Below, in pieces: positions 16,868 to 24,740 of a stretch of DNA of 64,000 nt (its first letter is position 1; each line of letters begins with the position of its first letter). This stretch comes from Candidatus Wildermuthbacteria bacterium (lineage in GTDB: Bacteria; Patescibacteriota; Minisyncoccia; Minisyncoccales; UBA10102). The translations under genes were made by a program, and so were the position numbers. Location: positions 90,470 through 154,469 of the forward strand of contig JACPMK010000003.1 in the NCBI GenBank assembly GCA_016186115.1, in the 5' to 3' direction. The notes beneath the pieces are model-generated. The model was not told the origin of the DNA, made no database searches, and saw nothing but the letters and a program-made list of their open reading frames with translations.

Positions 16868-18842
16868 CCACTGCTTCAGAAAGCATCTGACAGTAAAGAT
16901 TCAAGCCGACGGCATTGACGCTGCCCGATTGTTCCCGTCCAAGAATATTTCCTGCGCCGCGGATTTCCAAGTCGCGCATCGCAATGCGATAGCCAGAACC
17001 TAATTCGCCAGCTTCTTTTAAGGCATCCAATCGCAGTTTCACCTTTTCGCCAAGTTTGCGGGCGCCATACAAGAAATAGGCATAGGCGGTTTTGGCTCCG
17101 CGCCCGATTCGCCCCCGGATTTGATATGCCTGTGCCAGTCCTAGTTTTGTCGCATCATCTGCAATAAGGGTATTTACATTTGGCAGATCAAGGCCATTTT
17201 CAATAATGGTTGTTGCCACAAGCATATCGAATTTCTTTTCTCTAAATTCGTCCACAATGCGAATGAGCGTTTTCTCTTTCATCCTGGCGTGAGCAATGCC
17301 GATTGTTGCACTGGGCACAATTTTTTCCAGATATTTTTTCACCTCTTCAATGGTGCCGATGCGATTGTGCAGATAATATATCTGCCCGCTTCTTTTTAGT
17401 TCTGTTTCAATCGCTTGCTTGATGGTTTTTTCTTTTCTTTGCGCCACAGCAATTTGTACCGGCATTCTTCCGGCAGGGGGCGTATAGATGAGCGAGATAT
17501 TTTTGAGAGAAGAAAGCGCCATGTACAAGGTGCGGGGGATGGGCGTTGCAGAGAGCGAAAGCACATCGAGCGATGCGCGCATTTCTCGCAGTTTTTCTTT
17601 TTGCTTCACGCCAAATCGTTGTTCGTCATCAATTACCAGCAACCCCAAGTTGCGGAATTTTACATCCGAAGAGAGCAATCGATGCGTGCCAATAACCATA
17701 TCGATTTGCCCGTTTTCGATCTGGGAAAGAATTTGTCGCTGTTCTTTTTTGGATTGGAGCCGTGAAAGCAGGGCTATGCGAAAAGGTAGATTTTTGAGCC
17801 GCGATTGAAAATTCTGAAAATGCTGATAGGCGAGAATGGTGGTGGGCGCGAGGAGAGCAGTTTGGTATCCGTTTTCCACGGCCATGACCATGGTCCGCAG
17901 CGCGATTTCAGTTTTCCCAAAGCCAACATCTCCGCACACGATGCGATCCATTGGCCGCGTACCGGATACGTCATGCTTAATGTCTTCAAGCGCTTTCGTT
18001 TGATCCGGCGTTTCCTGATAGGGGAATGTTGCTGTTACTTTTTCTCCGATTTCATTTGTTGCAAGATAGGGAGGCCGCATTGTAACCTCTCTTTTGGCAT
18101 AAAGTTCCAACAATTGTTTTGCCATTTTTTCCACTTCTTCCCATATTCTCTTTTTGGTCTTTTGCCAGAGCAAAGATCCCAGACGGGAAATGTGCGGCTC
18201 GGCAAAGCCAACATAGCGGGAAAGTTTTCTTTCCAGCCCTACTGGTACGAAGAGCTTGTCGCCAGCCGCGTACTCAAGTTCGTAGTATGTAGTATTTGGT
18301 ATCTGGTATTCAGTATGGAGGGATGCTGCGATGCCGGCAAATCGCGCAACGCCATGATCGAGGTGCACGACGTAGTCCCCGGGCTTCAGTCCTTTGAGAT
18401 CAGAAAAAATTCGCTGTGATTTGAGCCGCTTTTTGAGAATTTCTTTTATTTTTTGTTCTTCTCCTTCGGTATAGGATTTTCCTGCTATAGCATGAATATA
18501 TTCTATGGTGTTTCCCTTGAATTCAATTTGGATCGGATGGCTCGTATTGATGGGGAAGATTTCTACGATTCCCCCTCGATGAGCGAATTCTCCTAAATCT
18601 TGCACCTGAAAAACCTTTTCATAACCCAATTCATCGATTCTGCGAAGTAATTGAGTGAGGGGATATGTTTGACCGACTTCAAGAAAAATAACGTTGTCTT
18701 GAAAAAATGGTTGGGTTTTTCGCGCGGCGAGAATTTTTTGCAAATTCTCTTCAAACCAAACATTCCCCTTTTCCAAAAAGTAGGGGGTGATAGCGACGAT
18801 CAATAAATTTTGTACGGTTTTATCGGGATAAGTATATTCCAT
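16836..18842 (-). CDS. mfd: Transcription-repair coupling factor, short form
   Basis: The track ORF starts at a TTG (18848) and the likely ATG is at 18842. It has the CarD/TRCF motif GDYVVHLDHGVARFAGI, helicase Walker A CGDVGFGKTE, DDEQRFG, and the translocation motif AMRDLEIRGAGNILGREQSG. Confidence 0.9.
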   Translation of the reverse strand: MEYTYPDKTVQNLLIVAITPYFLEKGNVWFEENLQKILAARKTQPFFQDNVIFLEVGQTYPLTQLLRRIDELGYEKVFQVQDLGEFAHRGGIVEIFPINTSHPIQIEFKGNTIEYIHAIAGKSYTEGEEQKIKEILKKRLKSQRIFSDLKGLKPGDYVVHLDHGVARFAGIAASLHTEYQIPNTTYYELEYAAGDKLFVPVGLERKLSRYVGFAEPHISRLGSLLWQKTKKRIWEEVEKMAKQLLELYAKREVTMRPPYLATNEIGEKVTATFPYQETPDQTKALEDIKHDVSGTRPMDRIVCGDVGFGKTEIALRTMVMAVENGYQTALLAPTTILAYQHFQNFQSRLKNLPFRIALLSRLQSKKEQRQILSQIENGQIDMVIGTHRLLSSDVKFRNLGLLVIDDEQRFGVKQKEKLREMRASLDVLSLSATPIPRTLYMALSSLKNISLIYTPPAGRMPVQIAVAQRKEKTIKQAIETELKRSGQIYYLHNRIGTIEEVKKYLEKIVPSATIGIAHARMKEKTLIRIVDEFREKKFDMLVATTIIENGLDLPNVNTLIADDATKLGLAQAYQIRGRIGRGAKTAYAYFLYGARKLGEKVKLRLDALKEAGELGSGYRIAMRDLEIRGAGNILGREQSGSVNAVGLNLYCQMLSEAVEKLKPSDQKV
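18283..18317 (-). repeat. 7-nt phased micro-array inside mfd (plus strand TAGTATG|TAGTATT|TGGTATC|TGGTATT|CAGTATG; sense unit NATACNN)
   Basis: Read directly from the sequence. It encodes EYQIPNTTYYEL. Confidence 0.8.
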
Positions 18843-18880
18843 CCACAATCCATATATAAAACAATCTTTCGAATTTTCAA

Positions 18881-18922
18881 AGAGAGCCGAGGATGCATTG
18901 AATCATCCTCGGCTCTCTTTTT
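18881..18922. terminator. Strong hairpin with T-run between pth and mfd (terminator-like in both orientations)
   Basis: A 15-bp stem, AGAGAGCCGAGGATG (18881-18895) with CATCCTCGGCTCTCT (18904-18918), carries TTTTT on the plus side and TTTGAAAATT on the minus side. Confidence 0.65.
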
Positions 18923-18971
18923 GTATACTGATCTCATCTTCTTACTTATACACATCGCTAAGGAGATATGA

Positions 18972-19008
18972 AGGATATGAAGGAAGTCAAACTTCCTTCA
19001 TATCCTTA
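18972..19008. other. Perfect 17-bp hairpin abutting/overlapping the pth stop codon
   Basis: AAGGATATGAAGGAAGT-CAA-ACTTCCTTCATATCCTT, read directly from the sequence. Confidence 0.7.
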
Positions 19009-19581
19009 TTTCCTTATTAAACTCATTGCTTGGTCGAGGCCTTGGTCGATGATTGTTTGCAGCATTGCGGGAATACTATCTATTGTTTTGCGTATGGCTT
19101 GCAATTCTTGCGGGGTAAATTTGCGGAGCACGAAATTTTCAACGTCCTCCGGTTTTCCCGCAAGCGGCTGAATGCCAATTCTGATTCTTATAAAATCTTT
19201 TGTCCCGAGCTGCTCAATGATGGACTCCACGCCCTTGTGGCCGGCAGATCCGCTGGCAAAGGAAATTTTGAGTTGGCCAAGGGGCAGATCGATGTCGTCG
19301 TGGACAACGACTAGGTATTTAGTATTTAGTATTTTGTATTTAGCATAAAGCAATTTCGCGGCGAGGCCGGAGTTGTTCATGAGGGTCTGGGGCTTGGCGC
19401 AAAGAACGTCGGCCCCATCGATCCGTCCTTCGGAGATGAGAGATTCCGATTTTTTGTGAAGTTTACATTCGGGAAATTCGAATTTTGCCGCCAGCGCATC
19501 CAGCGCCATAAATCCCGCATTGTGACGGGTATGTTCATATTGCTTTCCCGGGTTGCCAAGACCAATGATGAGGTATTTCAT
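19006..19581 (-). CDS. pth: Peptidyl-tRNA hydrolase
   Basis: 191 aa with MKYLIIGLGNPG..YEHTRHNAGF and VVVHDDIDLPLG. Confidence 0.95.
   Translation of the reverse strand: MKYLIIGLGNPGKQYEHTRHNAGFMALDALAAKFEFPECKLHKKSESLISEGRIDGADVLCAKPQTLMNNSGLAAKLLYAKYKILNTKYLVVVHDDIDLPLGQLKISFASGSAGHKGVESIIEQLGTKDFIRIRIGIQPLAGKPEDVENFVLRKFTPQELQAIRKTIDSIPAMLQTIIDQGLDQAMSLIRK
19313..19347 (-). repeat. 7-nt phased micro-array inside pth (plus strand AGGTATT|TAGTATT|TAGTATT|TTGTATT|TAGCATA; sense unit AATACNA)
   Basis: Read directly from the sequence. It encodes AKYKILNTKYLV. Confidence 0.8.
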
Positions 19582-19631
19582 ACTCTATGTAAGAGATTAT
19601 ATCACTTCTTGAAAATGCCTGAAAATCTGTT

Positions 19632-20210
19632 ATGATAGAGCAGTACTTTATGAAAAATTTCCTCGGCATTGTCAAAGAGTTCCTTATCATTGGGTTTATT
19701 GTTTTGGTTATCGTAGTGCCGTTGCGAACATTGGTTTTCCAGCCATTTTTGGTGCGCGGCAGCTCCATGGAGCCAAATTATCACAACGGAGATTATCTTA
19801 TCGTTGATGAGCTGTCCTACCGATTGCGCGAACCAGAGAGAGGAGAAGTCATTGTTTTTCAGTTTCCGGGCAATCCCTCACAAAGATATATTAAAAGAAT
19901 TGTGGGGCTTCCGGGTGAAACGATAGAGATAAAAGATGGCAAGGTTGTGCTGTATAATGAGGTGGGGGGAAGGAAAGCGGTAGTATTGGATGAGTCACCG
20001 TACCTTTCTTCGCAGACCGAAACCACTGGTTCTCTGAAGGTCACGTTGAAGAGTAATGAATATTTCGTCTTGGGCGATAACCGGTTATTCTCTTCCGATT
20101 CAAGGGCATGGGGAGTATTGCCTCGCGATAAAATCATTGGAAGGGTATTGATACGAGTATTTCCCGTAAGCGGGCTGGCATATATTCAAGCCCCTAATTA
20201 TTCTTACTAA
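19632..20210 (+). CDS. lepB: Signal peptidase I
   Basis: 192 aa with GSSMEPN (catalytic Ser), YIKRIVGLPGE (catalytic Lys) and GDNRLFSSDSR. An alternative start is the ATG at 19650. Confidence 0.92.
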   Translation: MIEQYFMKNFLGIVKEFLIIGFIVLVIVVPLRTLVFQPFLVRGSSMEPNYHNGDYLIVDELSYRLREPERGEVIVFQFPGNPSQRYIKRIVGLPGETIEIKDGKVVLYNEVGGRKAVVLDESPYLSSQTETTGSLKVTLKSNEYFVLGDNRLFSSDSRAWGVLPRDKIIGRVLIRVFPVSGLAYIQAPNYSY

Positions 20211-20215
20211 ATAGC

Positions 20216-21532
20216 ATGGCACCAAAATTAAAATTTCAGACCCCAACTGGTATCCACGATATACTGCCCGAAGATCAGCCGTATTTTCAAAAGATTTATT
20301 CGGTTGTTGATGAAATTGCTTCGTATTATGGCTTTGACCGTATTGATATACCGATTCTTGAGGATGCCCAGCTTTATGAAAAGGGCACCGGCGCAACCAC
20401 CGATATCGTAGAAAAACAAATGTACGTGTTGAAAACAAAGGGAGGCGATTTTCTGGCGTTGCGCCCGGAATTTACTCCGGGCATTGCCCGCGCCCACATT
20501 CAGCATGGCATGATCGCCTTGCCCCAGCCCGTGAAATTATATACCACAGGGCCATTGTTTCGCTACGAGCATCCGCAGGCAGGAAGGTATCGTCAGTTCC
20601 ATCAGGTTGATTTCGAGGTTTTTGGCGAACAGAGCCCTTCCATTGATGCTCAAATTATTCAAATTTTCTACGCGATTTTATCAGAACTCAAATTTTCTCA
20701 TTTGATTATCGAAGTAAACAGTATTGGCGATTATCAGTGCCGGCCATATTATAAAAAAGTTCTTTCTGGATTTTTCCGCTCACGACAAAATTCACTATGC
20801 GTTGACTGCCGAAGGCGGCTCAAGATCAATCCCTTGCGGATTCTCGATTGCAAAGAAGAAAAGTGTAAAAGAGTAAGGTCGCAAGCGCCCCAGATCATCG
20901 ATCACTTGTGCGAAGAATGCAAAAATCATTTCAAGTCGCTTCTGGAGTTTCTTGATGAGGCCGACATTCCCTATCATTTGGATCCCTATCTGGTGCGAGG
21001 GCTTGATTACTACACCAAGACCGTATTTGAAGTTTTTTCTGACAAGATTGCTGTTCCGCAGCCCGAATCCGGCGAGGAAAACCAGGAACCTGTGCGAAAT
21101 GCATTAGCAGGGGGCGGCCGTTATGATGCGCTGGTAAAGCTATACGGAGGAAAGGATACTCCGGCTTCGGGAGCCGCGGCGGGCGTAGAGCGTATTGTTT
21201 CTTTGATGAAGCAAATGGGAACTGTGTCTCTTAAAGTTCAGCAGCCAAAAATTTTTCTTGCCCAACTTGGAGATCTTGCCAAAAAGAAGAGCTTGAAACT
21301 TATGGAGGAGTTTCGAAGGGCAAATATTCTTGTTGCAGAATCATTGGGGAGGGATTCTTTGCGCAGCCAGTTGGGCAGAGCAGATAAATTGCATGTTGAG
21401 TACACCCTTATCTTGGGGCAAAAGGAGGTTTTAGAAAATTCGATCGTCATAAGAAAGATGGACACTGGAGAACAAGCAACTGTTTCCCTAGATAAAGCAG
21501 TAGAAGAGGTAAAACGGCGACTTAAAAAGTAA
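20216..21532 (+). CDS. hisS: Histidyl-tRNA synthetase
   Basis: 438 aa with class II motifs (LRPEFTPGIAR, FRYEHPQAGRYRQFHQ, GGGRYD) and a C-terminal anticodon-binding domain. Confidence 0.95.
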   Translation: MAPKLKFQTPTGIHDILPEDQPYFQKIYSVVDEIASYYGFDRIDIPILEDAQLYEKGTGATTDIVEKQMYVLKTKGGDFLALRPEFTPGIARAHIQHGMIALPQPVKLYTTGPLFRYEHPQAGRYRQFHQVDFEVFGEQSPSIDAQIIQIFYAILSELKFSHLIIEVNSIGDYQCRPYYKKVLSGFFRSRQNSLCVDCRRRLKINPLRILDCKEEKCKRVRSQAPQIIDHLCEECKNHFKSLLEFLDEADIPYHLDPYLVRGLDYYTKTVFEVFSDKIAVPQPESGEENQEPVRNALAGGGRYDALVKLYGGKDTPASGAAAGVERIVSLMKQMGTVSLKVQQPKIFLAQLGDLAKKKSLKLMEEFRRANILVAESLGRDSLRSQLGRADKLHVEYTLILGQKEVLENSIVIRKMDTGEQATVSLDKAVEEVKRRLKK

Positions 21533-21547
21533 AGACGAAAAAGGACA

Positions 21548-21865
21548 ATGGAATGTCTTTTCTGCAAAATTGTAAACAAAGAGGAGCCTGCAACACTGGT
21601 CTACGAAGACGAGCGATTTGTGGTTTTTAAAGATATTCATCCCAAGGCCCCTTTCCATGTGTTGATTGTGCCGAGAAAGCATATTGCTTCGGTTGCAGAA
21701 TTGGGAGAGCAAGATAAAGAATTGATTGCAGAGATGATATTTGTGGCAAAACATATCGCCGAAGAACAAAAGTTTCCGGGATATAAGCTTCAGTTTAATG
21801 TCGGCAGACAAGGAGGCCAAATAGTTGACCATTTACACCTTCATCTGCTAGGATATCCTTTATGA
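21548..21865 (+). CDS. HIT-family (histidine triad) nucleotide hydrolase
   Basis: 105 aa with CLFCKI and the triad VDHLHLHLLG. Confidence 0.9.
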   Translation: MECLFCKIVNKEEPATLVYEDERFVVFKDIHPKAPFHVLIVPRKHIASVAELGEQDKELIAEMIFVAKHIAEEQKFPGYKLQFNVGRQGGQIVDHLHLHLLGYPL

Positions 21866-21882
21866 ACAACATGCAAGATCAT

Positions 21883-22098
21883 ATGCCGCTTGAGGTGAGG
21901 AAAAATGAACGAGAGACCAATCTCTCTCTCATTCGCCGTTTTACCAAACGCTTGCGGGCGAGCGGTATTTTAAATTCGGCGAAAAGGGCTCGTTTCCGCG
22001 CGAGGCCGAAAAGTGAACAGACCAAAAAGAAAGCAGCTATCCGTCGCCTGGAGAAAAGACAGGAGTACGAAAAGTTAGTGAAGCTCGGGAAAATATAG
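21883..22098 (+). CDS. rpsU: 30S ribosomal protein S21
   Basis: The ORF runs 21862-22098 and the likely start is MPLEVRKNE at 21883. Characteristic segments are LIRRFTKRLRASGIL and ARPKSEQTKKKAAIRR. Confidence 0.85.
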   Translation: MPLEVRKNERETNLSLIRRFTKRLRASGILNSAKRARFRARPKSEQTKKKAAIRRLEKRQEYEKLVKLGKI

Positions 22099-22107
22099 GA
22101 CTTTTCA

Positions 22108-22605
22108 ATGGCATCGCGACAACAAATTCAAGAAGACCTCAAGGATGCCCTGCGCAAAGGGGATGCCGTGAAGGTGGGAGCATTACGCATGCTCTCTTCT
22201 TCGTTTATAGAGAAACAAAAAGCAAAACGCTATAAAATTTGGAAAGAAAATCCAAGTATCGCCGAAGCAGAACTTCAGCAAAAAAGCGAATTGTCGGAGG
22301 AGGAAATAGAAGAAGTCATCGCGTCCGAAACAAAAAAGCGCAGAGAGTCAATCGAGGCATTCGAAAAGGGAGGGCGGCAGGATTTGGTAGTGAAAGAGAA
22401 AAGGGAATTAGAAGTACTGCAGGGGTATCTTCCCCAGCAGCTTTCAGAAGAAGAACTACGCGCACTGGTAAAAGAAGCCATCGCAAAAACAGGCGCCGCA
22501 GGGCCAAAAGACATGGGCAAGGTTATGGCAGAACTAATGCCCAAAGTAAAAGGCAAATCCGACGGCGCCATTGTGAGCAGAATCGTAAAAGAATCTCTAA
22601 CGTAA
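22108..22605 (+). CDS. GatB/YqeY domain protein
   Basis: 165 aa with IQEDLKDALRKGD..VGALRML and a C-terminal PKDMGKVMAELMPKVKGKSDG. Confidence 0.85.
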   Translation: MASRQQIQEDLKDALRKGDAVKVGALRMLSSSFIEKQKAKRYKIWKENPSIAEAELQQKSELSEEEIEEVIASETKKRRESIEAFEKGGRQDLVVKEKRELEVLQGYLPQQLSEEELRALVKEAIAKTGAAGPKDMGKVMAELMPKVKGKSDGAIVSRIVKESLT

Positions 22606-23078
22606 TGGATGAGCAAGATACAAAAGTTTTTGCGAAAGATATCTGGAAAGCATTTGGAGCTGCCGTTCTCATTATGATGGTTGGGCTGGGAATTTTGGCA
22701 TGGCAATATCAGCGTTTGGCGAAGAATCGCGTGGGAACTCTTGAAGAGCAAATGAAGCGGCAGCAGGAGCTCATAAGCCGTATGGAAGAAAGAGACGCAG
22801 AAGATGTGGTGCGTCTATTTCTCAATGCCCGGGTTTCAGGCAATCAAGCCGAAGTTACCCAATACGTTACCGAGGGAGCAATGGAGGATATCTCGCAAGG
22901 GAAAATCCGTTTTGAAGGATTTACTGCCTACGAAATTCTCAAACGAGAACGTCTCGGAGAAAATGAGTTTCGTTTTCAGGCAAAATTACTTGCTCCAATT
23001 CCCCAGCCGATTGAAATCATACGAGTTATTCGTATGGATGGGCGTTATTATATTGAAAGCGTAGACATAGTTGGTTAG
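22605..23078 (+). CDS. Hypothetical membrane-anchored protein
   Basis: Real start at ATG 22605 (a TAATG junction with yqeY). It has one N-terminal transmembrane segment, AAVLIMMVGLGILAW. I recognise no family. Confidence 0.6.
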   Translation: MDEQDTKVFAKDIWKAFGAAVLIMMVGLGILAWQYQRLAKNRVGTLEEQMKRQQELISRMEERDAEDVVRLFLNARVSGNQAEVTQYVTEGAMEDISQGKIRFEGFTAYEILKRERLGENEFRFQAKLLAPIPQPIEIIRVIRMDGRYYIESVDIVG

Positions 23079-23080
23079 TT

Positions 23081-23794
23081 ATGGCAAAGCGCCGTTCCCA
23101 TGCCAAAAAAAGCTCTCTTATCATTCGAGTTGGCCTCCTTTTTCTTTTTGGACTAGTCGGAGGTATTTTTGTATATCAATTTTTGATAAAGACACCCGGC
23201 AAAGAGCAGAATAATGAAAACGAGAATCAAGCAAAAAAAACCCAGCAGCCAGCAAGCAACAGTCAAGAAATTCCTCAATGGGGCGACCAAGCGAATGAGA
23301 TAGCGCGCATTCTTCAGTCGGCATTTCAGGGCTGTATGAGTATACCTATCCAAATTTTTGCGGAGAAAGATATCTCTGGAGACGGTGTTCCCGAGGCAAT
23401 GGTGAACAACGGGTGCGTAGGAGCTTATACCGAAGAAGTAGTGCTTTTTCGTTTTTCCGATGGGAAGCCGCTTTTGGCTTCTTTTGCTACGTCGAATGGC
23501 GATCCTTTGCCTGCGGAAGTTTTTCTCGATGGAGCATCTGCTCTTCATTATGAGTTTTTCGGAATGATACCCGAGCTTCGCCTACTCTATCAGGCCAGCG
23601 GAAGCGCATCTTCTGAAAAATGCATTGTGGAATGGGATGTGCGCGCGTTTCGTTGGGATAAGGATCGTCAATCTTTTGTATCAGACAAAAACATCGTTCC
23701 GGAAATTATGCGTTTGGATATAAAGCGGTTTCCGCGCTATTTTGATCCGGAATCGGGTCCGGTTGCTTCTCCGGTAAAAAATTGCACGAGCTAG
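23081..23794 (+). CDS. Hypothetical membrane-anchored/secreted protein
   Basis: 237 aa with an N-terminal transmembrane segment, LIIRVGLLFLFGLVGGIFVY. I recognise no family. Confidence 0.6.
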   Translation: MAKRRSHAKKSSLIIRVGLLFLFGLVGGIFVYQFLIKTPGKEQNNENENQAKKTQQPASNSQEIPQWGDQANEIARILQSAFQGCMSIPIQIFAEKDISGDGVPEAMVNNGCVGAYTEEVVLFRFSDGKPLLASFATSNGDPLPAEVFLDGASALHYEFFGMIPELRLLYQASGSASSEKCIVEWDVRAFRWDKDRQSFVSDKNIVPEIMRLDIKRFPRYFDPESGPVASPVKNCTS

Positions 23795-23827
23795 CTTGCG
23801 CAATTTTTCAAACCCCGCGTTTCATTA

Positions 23828-24115
23828 TTATTCACGCACAAATCCTATTTTCGGATCTTCCGCGTGTTTGACTTTTGGCTTGGGAGATTGAATTTGTAGT
23901 TCCCCGTGTTTATGTTCGTAGGCATCGAGCTGCTTTTGCAAAAGAAGCATAATGCGCTTGGCATGCTTTGGCGAGGTTTGATACTTACGCGCCCGATTTC
24001 CAGAGGCGAATGTGAGTTCAAATAATTCGTCATCCGATACTACATTTACCTGCGTTAATGCATATATAATAGGATCGACGATAAGATTTTGATCTTGGCA
24101 CTGTTCTTCTTCCAT
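23828..24115 (-). CDS. Small hypothetical protein, DUF3467-like
   Basis: 95 aa. The segments ELFELTFASGN and SPKHAKRIMLLLQKQLDAYEHKHGEL recall the DUF3467 pattern, judged from memory only. Confidence 0.5.
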   Translation of the reverse strand: MEEEQCQDQNLIVDPIIYALTQVNVVSDDELFELTFASGNRARKYQTSPKHAKRIMLLLQKQLDAYEHKHGELQIQSPKPKVKHAEDPKIGFVRE

Positions 24116-24236
24116 AGGTACAGAACTTCAAATGTGCGGGCGCATCGAGCGAATGCGCGCACAAAAAAAGTCCTAAAAGAGGTACTATTTTTTAATAGTT
24201 CTCGACATCAACTCTATTTTATTCGATCTAGCATAT

Positions 24237-24250
24237 TTGTCAATTGACAA
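24237..24250. promoter_or_regulatory. Perfect 14-bp palindrome TTGTCAATTGACAA upstream of the ybeY-ftsA-ftsZ block
   Basis: Read directly from the sequence. It contains TTGACA in both orientations and lies 86 nt upstream of the ybeY ATG. Confidence 0.4.
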
Positions 24251-24335
24251 ACTCATCAATTATATTACTGATGTGCTTTGTTTCTCTCTCTTGCCAACAG
24301 CAAAGAAGAAGAGATACAATAGTATTGATCCAACA

Positions 24336-24740
24336 ATGGTAAAGATTACAAATCTTTCGCATGAGAAGGTTGATGCGCTGTTTCTCAAGAGGATAGCATA
24401 TAACATTCTTGAACGGGAGCAGCAAAAAAATGCGGATCTTTCGATCGTGCTGGTTGACGCCCAAAAAGCAAAGCAGTTACATCGCATGTACCGCGGCAAA
24501 GATTCTATTCCTAATGTCCTTTCCTTTGAAGAACCGGAGCTTGGCTTGGGAGAAATTGTATTATGCCCCGTTCGGATTAGGAAAGATGCCAAGAAATATG
24601 GTATAACATACAAAGAAGAGCTTGGAAGGATGCTCATTCATGGAGTGTTGCATCTTCTTGGCTACGATCACGAAGCGGGGCGAATAAAAGAGCACGAAAT
24701 GACAAAAAAGGAAATGTATTATTACAATGAAACTCCATAG
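24336..24740 (+). CDS. ybeY: rRNA maturation endoribonuclease YbeY
   Basis: The track ORF starts at a TTG (24237) and the likely ATG is at 24336 (MVKITNL). The zinc motif is HGVLHLLGYDHE. Confidence 0.9.
   Translation: MVKITNLSHEKVDALFLKRIAYNILEREQQKNADLSIVLVDAQKAKQLHRMYRGKDSIPNVLSFEEPELGLGEIVLCPVRIRKDAKKYGITYKEELGRMLIHGVLHLLGYDHEAGRIKEHEMTKKEMYYYNETP

Noticed and set aside
22239-22604. N-terminal 122 codons of the 279-aa ORF overlapping yqeY (extremely Arg/Lys-rich)
   Set aside because: This is an alternative frame of the purine-rich yqeY coding sequence. The real gene starts at ATG 22605, at a TAATG junction with yqeY.
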